A DNA stretch of 64,000 nucleotides from Octopus sinensis. Its lineage: Eukaryota. The stretch spans positions 1 to 64,000 of the forward strand of contig NW_021836152.1 in NCBI RefSeq assembly GCF_006345805.1. The letters are read 5' to 3'. The stretch's first letter is position 1. Each line of letters begins with the position of its first letter. Position numbers and translations under genes: made by a program. Shown here one piece after another: positions 50,263 to 61,280 of the stretch. The notes below the pieces were generated by a model. It was not told where the DNA came from. It saw only the letters and a list, made by a program, of their open reading frames with translations, and made no database searches.

Positions 50263-51889
50263 TATATATATAAAGTACGGGGGTTTAGTTCACAAATCCC
50301 CAAAATGCTTTTGTATTTGTCGCACCTAAGCCTTTCTTTTCGGACAGTTTTTTTTGTAAACCCTCAGATTCCATAGTTCGGAATGAGTTTTTGCCCTTTG
50401 TTTCAACATGTTCTGTGTCACGTATGAGAAATACGTCTCTGCCACGTCCCGTAACTATTTTGAGGGATACTGGAGGTCTCCAGTTTATGATTTCGAAGGA
50501 TATTTTGTCTTTTTTTGATGAGTCGTCAGGGAACTCAGATGTTTTGTTTCAGGGTATAATGCGGCAATTCTTCTGCTACTCTCCATTTTCTGAATTTAAC
50601 TTCGGATATGATTTCTGGTGAGGTGAGAGTAGGTGTTCTTGACTCTCTCCCATTTCTGGGTGTTTATTTGTTGATCGGAATTGATGTTATGGGGTCCAAT
50701 TTGGTGTTGATCCTATTGTCACTATTTCTCCAGGGAGTGCAGGTAATATAGAACAGCTGGAGGATGATTTTCCTGGTATTTTTGCTCCATGTGCAGCGAC
50801 TTGTTCGATGTCGAAAGACATTTCTTCCAAGTCTTCTTCGCCGAATGATTCCATTCGTGATTTGACAGGTACTTACTTGGATCATTTTTTAAAAATAAAT
50901 TAGAGGTGGATGATGTCTCTTCGATGGGTAGTGACTCTTCAGGTCTTCTTTCTAGAGAGCAGTATATTAGAGCGCAGGATGAGGATGCTGAGTTGCAGGT
51001 GTTAGCCAATATATCTGTCTCTTTCGTGTAGGTTAGCAAGGTACCAGTTCTCTACTACTTTAGGGATCGTGTTAGGATAAGGAAATATAGGCTGATTCCT
51101 ATAGGTGTTGTTTGGCTTATTTAATCGAGTGTGTTGTACAGGATTGGAACAGTTTGCAATGATATGAGCAGTTGAATTATTTTGTCTCGTGTGTCTATTA
51201 GTTTTCGTTGGTAGTTCATTCTTTTGACCAATTCTTCCTGCTCTGTATTCTTTATCCGAATGAGTTCCTGTACCCTGACGTTGTGATACTGTACAATGTG
51301 TATTACTATTGGAGGAATTACCAGTGTTGTGTATGCCTTCTTCTAGCATTATGATAAGTCAGATTGTCAGTCATGCAAGAGACTGTAAGGCCACAAACAC
51401 GTAGATAGATTTGCGACCTTAACACAATATTTCATTATAAGTGTTTCATAGTATTTCTCTTCACTTTTTCTTTATTCTTTTTAAATTTTAGAGTCTCTCA
51501 TTTTCCATTTCCTTTTTCTTTGTCTGGATTATTAATGTCAGTGATACGTACAATAAATATTAACATATATACTTTTTGTATTTTGTATAAATATGTATGA
51601 ACACTCATTAATAGGTGGCTTCATTATGCACTTACACACACACATATATATATATATATATACTCACACAGACACTCACTCCCTCCCTCCTTCACACACT
51701 CACTTACTCACACACTGACTCACTCTCACACACACACCCCACACACTCACACTCTCTCTGTCTCTAAATCTGATTATTTCTGATTGTCGTTTCTATTCTT
51801 CAAATTCTACAGCATTTCTTATGCATTTTTATGCTTTCCATGCTAATCTTTTCCACGTACATAAATGCTTTCCAAAACAAACAAGCACT

Positions 51890-52277
51890 TCGTTTTAGAA
51901 GCTTCGAAGAAACTATAAGCTTATTCCCAAGCACCCATCTCTGCATGCACTGTAACTACTAGAAACTGCAGTGAGCTTATTAAAATTAAATACGTAATTC
52001 ATGTCCTCTAAAAACACACACATACACCCAAACAGAAAGGCACACAATGACACATAAACAAAGACACACATGTTATGGTTGCAACTTGATTCCGAAATAT
52101 GCCACATTTGTTTACTCAACGAAGCAGGGACGTGTATTTTTTAGTCCTGTTAGGGATCTAAACACTTTTGCGCAATCAAAGACATACTAACGAAGGAGAC
52201 TTCCTGCTGCAGGTTTTGAGAGACTTACCATCTTCCCTGACTCATACCTTTGTTCTCTCATGAAATTTTCAACTTTG
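51890..52277 (+). repeat. Left copy of a ~387-bp inverted repeat (partner 61281-61666)
   Basis: Near-exact reverse complement, with a few substitutions and one 2-nt indel seen. Confidence 0.92.
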
Positions 52278-52595
52278 TGTTTTGCCGATCGCAGGCTATG
52301 TGCCTTGTCGTTCGAAGGCTGTGCGTTTTGGCTGCGTCTGAGGAAAAATAGGAGAGAACCTTTGCACATGGCAATTCCGACTCCCTCCCCAAACAGCCAA
52401 TACATTCCTGCCAAACAAACAACTATTCTACATCATAAGTATTACATAAGAGAGGTGTCACAACAAAAGCAGTTATATCGCACTCCCAGCCATTGGAGGG
52501 CTGTTGATTCTCCTGTGATCACCCGGCCTTTGAAATAGTTTGCATTTCGACCTGCAGGGAGTTAAACGAAGGGTGTCCACCTTACCAAGTACATA

Positions 52596-52612
52596 CATAA
52601 ATACACACACAC

Positions 52613-52685
<73 letters not shown>

Positions 52686-52740
52686 CATACATACATACAT
52701 ACATACATACATACATACATACATACATACATGCATACAT
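52596..52740. repeat. Compound (CA)n-(TA)n-(CATA)n microsatellite
   Basis: Directly visible. Confidence 0.95.
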
Positions 52741-52952
52741 ATCTTATATAAAATTTCTGAGAGACATATAAACAGTAGCAGTACGGAATTGTAAACTATA
52801 TTTGCCAACTGAATGTGGCGTGCTATACAGGACAGTGCTACTGTTCTTTATAGCTCCAGGAAGACATCTCCTTCAGCTGAATAACGACACACATTATGTG
52901 CCCGATTAGAATTTGCGAAGGAGGCCATCACTACCATCTGAAGCCAAATCAC

Positions 52953-53100
52953 TATATACTTTTCTAGCAACTCACTGTCGCTGATCTCGTAAAAGAGAGA
53001 GATATGTTATATTAAATCTGTATATGTTATATTAAATTTAAATTAACATATCTCTCTCTTTTACGAGATTAGCGACTGTGAGTCGCTAGAAAGGTATATA
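52953..53100. repeat. 148-bp imperfect hairpin / MITE-like palindrome (57-bp arms, 4 mismatches)
   Basis: Arms at 52953-53009 and 53044-53100; both ends are TATATA. Confidence 0.8.
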
Positions 53101-53379
53101 ATAATTTGCGAGTGGAATGAACTTTCATCACTTGCTAGTGATTAACACATGCTCGGTGGGAGGGGAGGTAATCACCCAGAAACTTGCATCCGTGTGTATG
53201 ACGTATGGTTAGACATGGGAGCGATGAACCCCCTTGCAAATACTAATCGGACACAGACTGTGTGTCATTAGCCAACTGGAGGAGATGTCTTCCTGGTGCT
53301 ATAAGCACTGTCCTGTATATATGTGTATATATATGTATACAAACACGCACAAACACATATACATATGTAATTTATATAT

Positions 53380-54185
53380 GTAGCGGAATAGCTGCATAGA
53401 AAGGGCCACGTAAGTTAGGGACGGGCTTGGAAAGATTGGCAAAATGGGACCACAAAAAGCAACACCAAGTTGCAAGAAAATAAACAACGCAACATTTATA
53501 TCAAAGAAAGGAAGATGAGCAGAGTAAGAAGTTTATCATTGTTTTAAGACATCAGAAGTGTGGCATATTCTGAATGGCAAGATTGTTTGGGAGAGAAATG
53601 AAAGACATTATTGATGAAGATTCTGTACGGAATAATAATCATACTCTTGTTATTCATGAAATGTAAAGAAAGAAAAGCAGACGTGTTATAATGAGAATTT
53701 GTTGGATGAAAAGAATAGAAGGGGGATAAAGAGTGTATCGGAAGTAAACCCAGTTGAGGGGGCCATCCATCCAAATTTACAGCCGTACAGTGGAGAATGC
53801 GATTAAAGATATGAAGGTAGGGAAGGTATCTGATACGAAATACTCATGAGAGTGGGATGCGGGTTAGTCAGCCCCTAAGTAATTCAACTTGAATAGGAGA
53901 TTCTTATACCCAGTGACTGATGTGGTAATACCATTTTCAACTGCTATAAAAGGCAAAGGTAATGTATTAAAGTAAGAATGCTTGAGGTGTTAAACTGTTG
54001 GGGCCAGTTATGAAGGTTACAAAAAGAATTACATCTCATTTGCTTAGAAAAAGAAAATTAATGTAGACGTGATTTTTGTTTTTATGGTGAGAATAAATAC
54101 AACTGATGCTGTCTTCTCAGTGAGACAAGAGCAGAAATATTCTGCCCTATTCCTTGTTTATTTAGAGAAGATACATGTTGTTTCT
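53380..54185 (+). pseudogene. Highly decayed RTE-clade LINE fragment (linker and start of RT)
   Basis: Manual translation across frameshifts gives DWQNG, VENAIKDMKVGK, IPSD*, CYK/GKG, GVKLL, VMKVTKRI, TTDAVFSVRQEQKY, LEK. Boundaries approximate. Confidence 0.7.
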
Positions 54186-54860
54186 CAGCTCTGTGATCCG
54201 TCTGGTTCAAGAATAAAGGTCACAAGAACTAGAGAGTGACAGGAATACTAGCCTCACTCGAACCCGTATATGCATTACATCACAGCTAGAATGCTATGTA
54301 TTTGAAATCCTACAAAAAGAGATACATCATTCCTCCTTTTCTCCCCAATATTCTAAGTCTCTGTCCTAACACTACGCTCTGTGTCACACTCACCTAGGAG
54401 ACATGTGTATGTGTGCCTGAGGGTACATATGTATATCTTTGTGTGATCTACTGAATTCAAAGTTTCTCATACAATAGCCAGTTTCAATAATTGGATGGGT
54501 GTGGGACATATTTGTAAGTATTGATATTAGTCTTTCAAATTTCAGATGCACTTGACTTAACACGGTTATATGAAAAGACTTTTTAAGAGAGGAACGTTTC
54601 TTGGAAATTTAAATAAAAGAAAACTGGTTGTATACATACATACATACATACACATAGTCATATATGTATACATATGTACGTGTGTATATATATATATGTG
54701 TGTGTGTATGTGTTCGTGTATGTGTTTGTGTTTGTGTATGTGCGTGTGTATTGTATGTATGCATATACAAAAATTCATTGCATACGTATATATTTATTTA
54801 TATATTTATATATATATGCATACATACATATATAATACACACAAACACACACACACACAC

Positions 54861-54951
<91 letters not shown>

Positions 54952-55155
54952 GTATGTATGATGTAAGTTTACGTATAATATAGCAAATAGCAAAACAGTA
55001 AAAAAAAGGGTATCGGGTCATATTATTACATGAGAGGCCAACATGGGGTGGGTTTAAGTGCCTTCGAAACAAAACTGGATATCCTCCTGTGAAAATACCA
55101 GGTCCTTGCCACTGAAGTACAGACGCTTGGGAGAGGGCAGATATAGATAGGTAGC

Positions 55156-55497
55156 TCGACCCCAGTACGCAACTGGTGCTTAATATATCGACCCTGAAAG
55201 GATGAAAGGCAAAGTCAACCTCGGCGTAATTTGAACTCAGAACGCAAAGACAGACGAAATACCTATTTCTTTACTACCCACACGGGGCTAAACACAGTGG
55301 AGACAAACATGGACAGAGAGAAGGATCAAATCGATTACATCGACCCCAGTGCGCAACTGGTACTTATTTAATCTACCCCGAAAGGGTTAAAGCAAAGTCG
55401 TCCTCGGCCAAATTTGAACTCAGAACGCAAAGACAGACGAAATAACGCTAATCATTTAGTCCGGCGTGTTAACGTTTCTGCCAGCTCACAGCCTTTG
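55156..55497 (+). mobile_element. SINE-like repeat with two tandem copies of a ~110-bp module (55156-55262, 55340-55445)
   Basis: Repeated TCGACCCCAGT(A/G)CGCAACTGG...AAAGGCAAAGTC...CTCGGC...TTTGAACTCAGAACGCAAAGACAGACGAAATA. The duplication is seen directly; SINE identity is from resemblance. Confidence 0.6.
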
Positions 55498-55715
55498 GAG
55501 CTTCAATAAATTAAATGACAAATGTGTTCATCTTAATGAGATATATGTGCGTCATTGGAATGTAGTGATAGACAGTTGTACAACACGAGTACTACTCTGA
55601 GTCTCTGTGACTAGAACCTAGTGGCAGACCGAATGTAGATGAACAATGATTATGTGAAATAGCAGGTTTTACATCAGAACGCACTTCTCCTAAAAAGTAC
55701 TGTAACAACAGCGAG

Positions 55716-55762
55716 CGTTGCGTCCTTGAGCAAGACACTTTATTTCACGTTGCTTCAGTCCA
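55716..55762 (+). mobile_element. SINE central-domain fragment
   Basis: CGTTGCGTCCTTGAGCAAGACACTTTATTTCAC resembles the GTCCTTG(A/G)GCAAGACACTT motif common in metazoan SINE bodies. Confidence 0.45.
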
Positions 55763-55774
55763 TTAAAATGGCAA

Positions 55775-56029
<255 letters not shown>

Positions 56030-56217
56030 ATTTATTATATAGAAGGAGCTTCTACAGGACTAGAACTGTTTCATTCAAGAGAAATCTTCAGGAAGATTTC
56101 TCTTGAATGAAACAGTTCTAGTCCTGTAGAAGCTCCTTCTATATAATAAATTAATTTTACTCTACTATGTATTGAGTACCTTATTTACTGTGGTTAACCC
56201 CGAATCAACCCGGGACC

Positions 56218-56218
<1 letters not shown>
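56030..56218. mobile_element. ~190-bp Penelope-like mini-insertion in (TA)n: perfect 60-bp-arm palindrome plus unique tail
   Basis: Arms at 56030-56089 and 56092-56151, spacer AG; contains a hammerhead motif. Confidence 0.7.
56049..56095 (-). ncRNA. Minimal type I hammerhead ribozyme motif (47 nt)
   Basis: CTTC-CTGAAGA-T-TTC-TCTT-GAA-T-GAAAC-AG-TTCTAGTC-CT-GTA^GAAG; all core nucleotides present, stem II weak. Confidence 0.72.
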
Positions 56219-56284
<66 letters not shown>

Positions 56285-57158
56285 ATCACGTGACCGATGA
56301 GGCAACCAGATGCTGCTACACATCGCTGGTCACAATTCACTTCGCTTTATTTTAGCCTCCAAATGACGCCACCCCGCTGGCTAAGCGAGCAGGCTTATAT
56401 ATATATATATATATACAAAGACATACATATATGTATCTGAATATAATACATGCATACATACTAAGAGCCAACGTTACGACAGAAAACGTCGCCACTGATA
56501 AGAGGAAGAATTAGTTGTGGAATGTCCCAGTGATAATAATTGTGGTCATCAGATGACCATCGGGTGTTAACATAAACCTTAAGATCAGCGAAAAACAAAA
56601 TACCTTCACTGAACATTTAAGAAACCTAGTCATGCATACGTATATAATACATACATATATAATACACACACGTACATACATATATATGATCTAAGTTTAC
56701 GTACAATATATCAAAGAACGAGACAGACATAGAACAGGTATCGGCTCAAATTACTACAAAGGACTACAAAGTACCACAAAGGACTGAAAGACCAATTTGG
56801 GTTGCGTTTAGGTGGATTTGAAACAAAACTAGATCTCTTATCCATGTACAAGGATGTAGCGATTGTTACAGAGGTTAGCGAAAGGACAGGGATAAACAGA
56901 TAGTTAGTTAGTTAGTTAAGTTAGTTAGTTAGTTTAGCTAGTCAGTTAGATAGATAGACATATACACACACACACACATACAAAAAGACGCGAGCCCGCG
57001 CGCAAGCATAAGTATATATTGACGAATACAACAGCCTTCTTGTGATATTGCTAGGGTAACATAAATATACGTATCTATCTATCTCTCCCTCTCTCTCTCA
57101 AATTATATATGTATATATATATATAATGTATGTATATATGTATGACTCTATGTATGTA

Positions 57159-57210
<52 letters not shown>

Positions 57211-57309
57211 TATTTTCATATTTTCACAGTTCAAGAACAGCAACAGCTAGAAAATCAGCAGCCACAACAACAACAACAACAGAATGAGCCACTCCTGGTT
57301 CCCAGCACA

Positions 57310-58206
57310 ATGGCTGACCCTAACATCGGTCAAGCACAACAACAACAACAACAGCCACAGCAACAAGAACAACAACAGCCACTCCTCAACTCTAGCTTAC
57401 TAGATGATTCACTAAATGCCAGTATCTTTTCACCGCTCTCACGGCAACCACCACAATTATCATCATCATCATCACCACCGCTGCCACCATCGTCTTCTAT
57501 CACCAAAAATACCAACAGAAAACCAAATAAGAAACCACTGCCCTCTTCCCCCACATCACCACCTCAATACTACTGCAGTAACAAAAACTTAAAGAAACAT
57601 AGGAAGCAGAATGCGCCCACCACGGCACAAACAAGAAATCCCCAAATATGCCGCTATTCACTGCGCCAGAGACTCTGCACAAATAGTGACTGCATCTTCA
57701 CGCATCTACCCGGCACTAGACGCACTACCGGCCAAGGCCAAAGCACGCATCCCACAATAACATCAACACCACCAAATAGTAAATCGAAATACAAAACACA
57801 CACAACTCGGAGTCCCAAAATCTGCCGGTATTCCCAACGTGAGAGAACATGTCTGCTGAGTGACTGTCCCCTCACTCATCTTCCAGGGACCCGACGCACA
57901 AACAGAAACGTGGCTTCAAGCCAACACACAAACCTGAATAAAAATAAAAATAGAAACACACCATGCTGCAGTAATGCTGGTCCAGTCTTTTCAGGAAGAC
58001 ACAAAAACAACAACAAAAGTGGAAACTACAACCCTATCCAACAGTGCAACCACACCTCCAGCCAAAAGCTGCTCCCTAAGCAGGAAAATTCTTTTTTAGC
58101 CATGTTGAACATGGCAAAAGAGATACACAAAAACATTCTAACCATCACTCAACACCATCCTATGCTATTACCCCAGTGCACCAATTCCCCACCTTGCTGC
58201 CACTAA
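57310..58206 (+). CDS. Family D ORF1: Gln/Pro/Ser-rich protein with two CCCH-type zinc fingers
   Basis: CRYSLRQRLCTNSDCIFTH and CRYSQRERTCLLSDCPLTH (C-x8-C-x4-C-x3-H); lies directly upstream of ORF2. Confidence 0.8.
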   Translation: MADPNIGQAQQQQQQPQQQEQQQPLLNSSLLDDSLNASIFSPLSRQPPQLSSSSSPPLPPSSSITKNTNRKPNKKPLPSSPTSPPQYYCSNKNLKKHRKQNAPTTAQTRNPQICRYSLRQRLCTNSDCIFTHLPGTRRTTGQGQSTHPTITSTPPNSKSKYKTHTTRSPKICRYSQRERTCLLSDCPLTHLPGTRRTNRNVASSQHTNLNKNKNRNTPCCSNAGPVFSGRHKNNNKSGNYNPIQQCNHTSSQKLLPKQENSFLAMLNMAKEIHKNILTITQHHPMLLPQCTNSPPCCH

Positions 58207-61200
58207 CACACACAAAAAATCCAAGCCCCCTGCAACAGTCAAAACCAGCCACTACACTAACCTCCACATTTCTACTCAATGCACAAGGTGTCAGCCCTTC
58301 CATCAATGCACAAAAATGGAAGGTCCAATTCATTGAAGACTGGGTTGGTAACCATCCACACCACATCCCTTTCTTCATTCTCACTGAGACCCACCTTGAA
58401 AACTCCCACTTGGAAGCCGAAGTGAGAGTGAAGAATTTCACAACCATCCGCGCGGATCGTATCGGCAGAAGGAAGGGTGGAACTGCCATTTTCCTGCATG
58501 ATTCGTTTACGGCAGATGGAAATAGTATATTCTCCAACGGCTACTGTGAATCAGTCACCGTGCACAACAAAGCCAATGACCTGACAGTAATTGGGCTCTA
58601 TAGGCCGCCCCAAACACCCATACTGTGCTTTAAAGAATGCTTCAACAGCATTAAGTGCTTTATTCAACAGTGCCATTCTAGCAACCTACTCATTATGGGA
58701 GATTTCAATCTACCCTGTGTTGACTGGACTACAAACTGTTTGAAACCAAGCACTCCCGCCTCAACCGCCGACAAAGAAGCAGCAGAGTCACTTTTCGACT
58801 TTACGAATGAGTTTTTCTTGTCCCAACTTGTCCTTGCACCAACAAGACATCAGAAGAATATTTTGGACCTAGTGTTTTGTAACCACACTAACACTATACA
58901 TAACGTTACAGTGGAAAAAACCCTTCTTTCAGACCACGACATGGTTCTCTGTAACATGAAGTTCCACCAGCCGAAAGCTAATCCTAGTGACCTCCCTCCA
59001 GCCCACCCATTTGACAACATGGATCTCCATAATGCCAACTGGGATGCAATCAGGAACGAGCTATCACATGTTAACTGGTCCTTTACACATACACACGTCT
59101 CCACCAACCATAAAACATCTTGCCAGATCTTTGTAGACACCGTCACAGACATATGTGCAAAACACTCCCCACCAAGACCTGTGAACAAAAAGTGCAGAAT
59201 CCCCCAAAACAGAAAAACCATTATCAGAAAAATAAAAAGAACAAACAAAAAAATTAACAAACTAAAGTACTGCCAACAGCAACACACACATTCGACGGCT
59301 ATCGCACTGCTTGAATCCAAAAAATATAACCTCCAACAATGCATGAAGACCCTCATCAATAACCAAAGATCAGCTGAGGAGAAGTGGGCCATTGAAAAAA
59401 TCAAACTCAACCCCAAAGTGTTCTTTTCATTTGCGAGGAAACGCAGGGTCACTGTCTCCACTGTAGGCCCTCTAATTGACGAAACTGGCACTCTCCAAGA
59501 TAATGCCAAATCCATGGCCGAGATACTGCAGAAACAATACTGCTCTGTTTTCAGCAATCCTGATATGGCCGATCTGGGCTGTATCAGTGATGTCAACCCC
59601 CAACACACTATATCGGACATAACGTTTAGTGCCCCTGATGTCTTAGCGGCGATAAACGAAATAAAACACAATTCAGCAGTAGGCCCCGATAGGTTCCCTG
59701 CTTGTGTCCTGAAGGTGTGTCGACACCAACTTGCATCTCCCCTTGCTAATCTGTGGAGAAACTCACTGGATGCTGGCTATATTCCAAAAAACCTTCTGTC
59801 CCAGTCTGTTGTCCCAGTTTTCAAAAAGGGAAACAAGTCCCTTGCAGTGAATTACCGTCCGATCTCACTCACCTCTCATATCATCAAGGAATTTGAGAGG
59901 GTGGTGAGATCTCGAATAACCCAATTTCTGGAAAGCAACAGACGGCTGATCTCTAACCAACATGGGTTCCGTAATGGAAGGGACTGCCTAACGCAGCTCC
60001 TGCATCACTTTGATGACATTTTGAGAGCTTTGGGAGAGGGCTCTAACACCGATGTCATCTACCTTGATTTCAGTAAGGTCTTCGACAGGGTTGATCACAA
60101 GATCCTATTGAAAAAACTATCCAACATTGGTGTCTCTGGAAAGTTACTGAAATGGATCAAGTGTTTCCTGACAGACAGATCTCAACATGTTGTAGTTGAA
60201 GGGGTAAAATCAAGCCCAGCCAAAGTCAGTAGTAGCGTTCCGCAAGGCACTGTGCTGGGCCCACTTCTTTTCATCATCTACATTAATGACATTAATGGCA
60301 TCATCAAGCACAGCAACATAAAAATCTTTACAGATGATTCCAAGCTACAGAAGGTCATAAATGAGGCGAGTGACCGGACATGCCTTCAGTCAGATCTACT
60401 GGCTGTTATCCAATGGGCAGAAAAAAACAATATGTTGCTGAACGAGGATAAATTTGAGTTAATCCACTTTGGAAAAGAGGATGCCCTGAAACTCCCATAC
60501 TCTCTTCCTTCAGGTGAAACTCTCGCGGCGTCCAACAACATCAGAGACTTGGGAGTAATTGTGGACAACAACATAAGCTGGGCCACTCATATAAACACCA
60601 AAGTTGACATGGCCCGCAGAATGTGTTCCTGGATTCTCAGAACTTTCCAGTCGAGAGATATCCACACCATTATCCTTCTCTTCTCCACTTTTGCCCGACC
60701 CCACCTTGAATACTGTTGTCCACTGTGGTCTCCCCACACAATACAAAGTATCATAAAAGTTGAAGCACTTCAAAGGGCAATCACAAAAAAGATAGATGGC
60801 ATGACAGGCCTCGACTATTGGGGTCGACTAGAAAAGCTAAAACTTTATTCTCTCCAACGTCGTCGTGAGCGCTACATCATCTGCATGATGTGGAAAATAT
60901 TCCATCAGCATTGCCCAAATGATGTTGGCATCACCTTTAAGGTACATCCAAGGCTTGGGCCCCGTGCCATCCGCCCAAAACAAAAATCGCACTCTCATCT
61001 CATTACAACAACACGGCACAATTATTTCACCTCAATTGGCCCCGCTCTCTTTAACATTACACCAAAACACATTAAAACAGAAACTGACCCTATAGGGTTC
61101 AAAAAGTCTTTGGACAGATTCCTTCAAGAAATCCCGGATAAACCCCCTACACTCGGATATGTCTCTGTAAACAATAACTCTCTACTTGAGTGGGCCATAG

Positions 61201-61214
61201 TGCCCAAATTCTGA
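58176..61214 (+). CDS. Family D ORF2: apurinic endonuclease + reverse transcriptase (1012 codons, no AUG before the APE domain)
   Basis: FLLNAQG, ILTETHL, MGDFNLP, SDH; YRPISLTS, YLDFSKVFD, VPQGTVLGP, IFTDDSKL, RPHLEYC, LQRRRERY. Confidence 0.93.
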   Translation: MHQFPTLLPLTHTKNPSPLQQSKPATTLTSTFLLNAQGVSPSINAQKWKVQFIEDWVGNHPHHIPFFILTETHLENSHLEAEVRVKNFTTIRADRIGRRKGGTAIFLHDSFTADGNSIFSNGYCESVTVHNKANDLTVIGLYRPPQTPILCFKECFNSIKCFIQQCHSSNLLIMGDFNLPCVDWTTNCLKPSTPASTADKEAAESLFDFTNEFFLSQLVLAPTRHQKNILDLVFCNHTNTIHNVTVEKTLLSDHDMVLCNMKFHQPKANPSDLPPAHPFDNMDLHNANWDAIRNELSHVNWSFTHTHVSTNHKTSCQIFVDTVTDICAKHSPPRPVNKKCRIPQNRKTIIRKIKRTNKKINKLKYCQQQHTHSTAIALLESKKYNLQQCMKTLINNQRSAEEKWAIEKIKLNPKVFFSFARKRRVTVSTVGPLIDETGTLQDNAKSMAEILQKQYCSVFSNPDMADLGCISDVNPQHTISDITFSAPDVLAAINEIKHNSAVGPDRFPACVLKVCRHQLASPLANLWRNSLDAGYIPKNLLSQSVVPVFKKGNKSLAVNYRPISLTSHIIKEFERVVRSRITQFLESNRRLISNQHGFRNGRDCLTQLLHHFDDILRALGEGSNTDVIYLDFSKVFDRVDHKILLKKLSNIGVSGKLLKWIKCFLTDRSQHVVVEGVKSSPAKVSSSVPQGTVLGPLLFIIYINDINGIIKHSNIKIFTDDSKLQKVINEASDRTCLQSDLLAVIQWAEKNNMLLNEDKFELIHFGKEDALKLPYSLPSGETLAASNNIRDLGVIVDNNISWATHINTKVDMARRMCSWILRTFQSRDIHTIILLFSTFARPHLEYCCPLWSPHTIQSIIKVEALQRAITKKIDGMTGLDYWGRLEKLKLYSLQRRRERYIICMMWKIFHQHCPNDVGITFKVHPRLGPRAIRPKQKSHSHLITTTRHNYFTSIGPALFNITPKHIKTETDPIGFKKSLDRFLQEIPDKPPTLGYVSVNNNSLLEWAIVPKF

Positions 61215-61280
61215 CTTGAAAGACTTCAGGTGGTACTATTAAGTTAGACATGGCCTGGGCCAATAATGGCCGAAACCTAT

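Noticed and set aside
56279-56395. Island between TA tracts starting with tandem TCACGTGA palindromes, as an E-box enhancer
   Set aside because: More likely a dispersed repeat fragment; nothing in the window supports a regulatory role or lets me classify it.
56903-56945. (GTTA)n tract as a telomeric repeat or family C tail
   Set aside because: Not TTAGG(G), and the adjacent family C 3' UTR sequence is absent.
58850-59671. 273-aa antisense ORF in LINE D (and similar antisense ORFs in other LINEs)
   Set aside because: Shadow frames of a long sense ORF; no independent motif.
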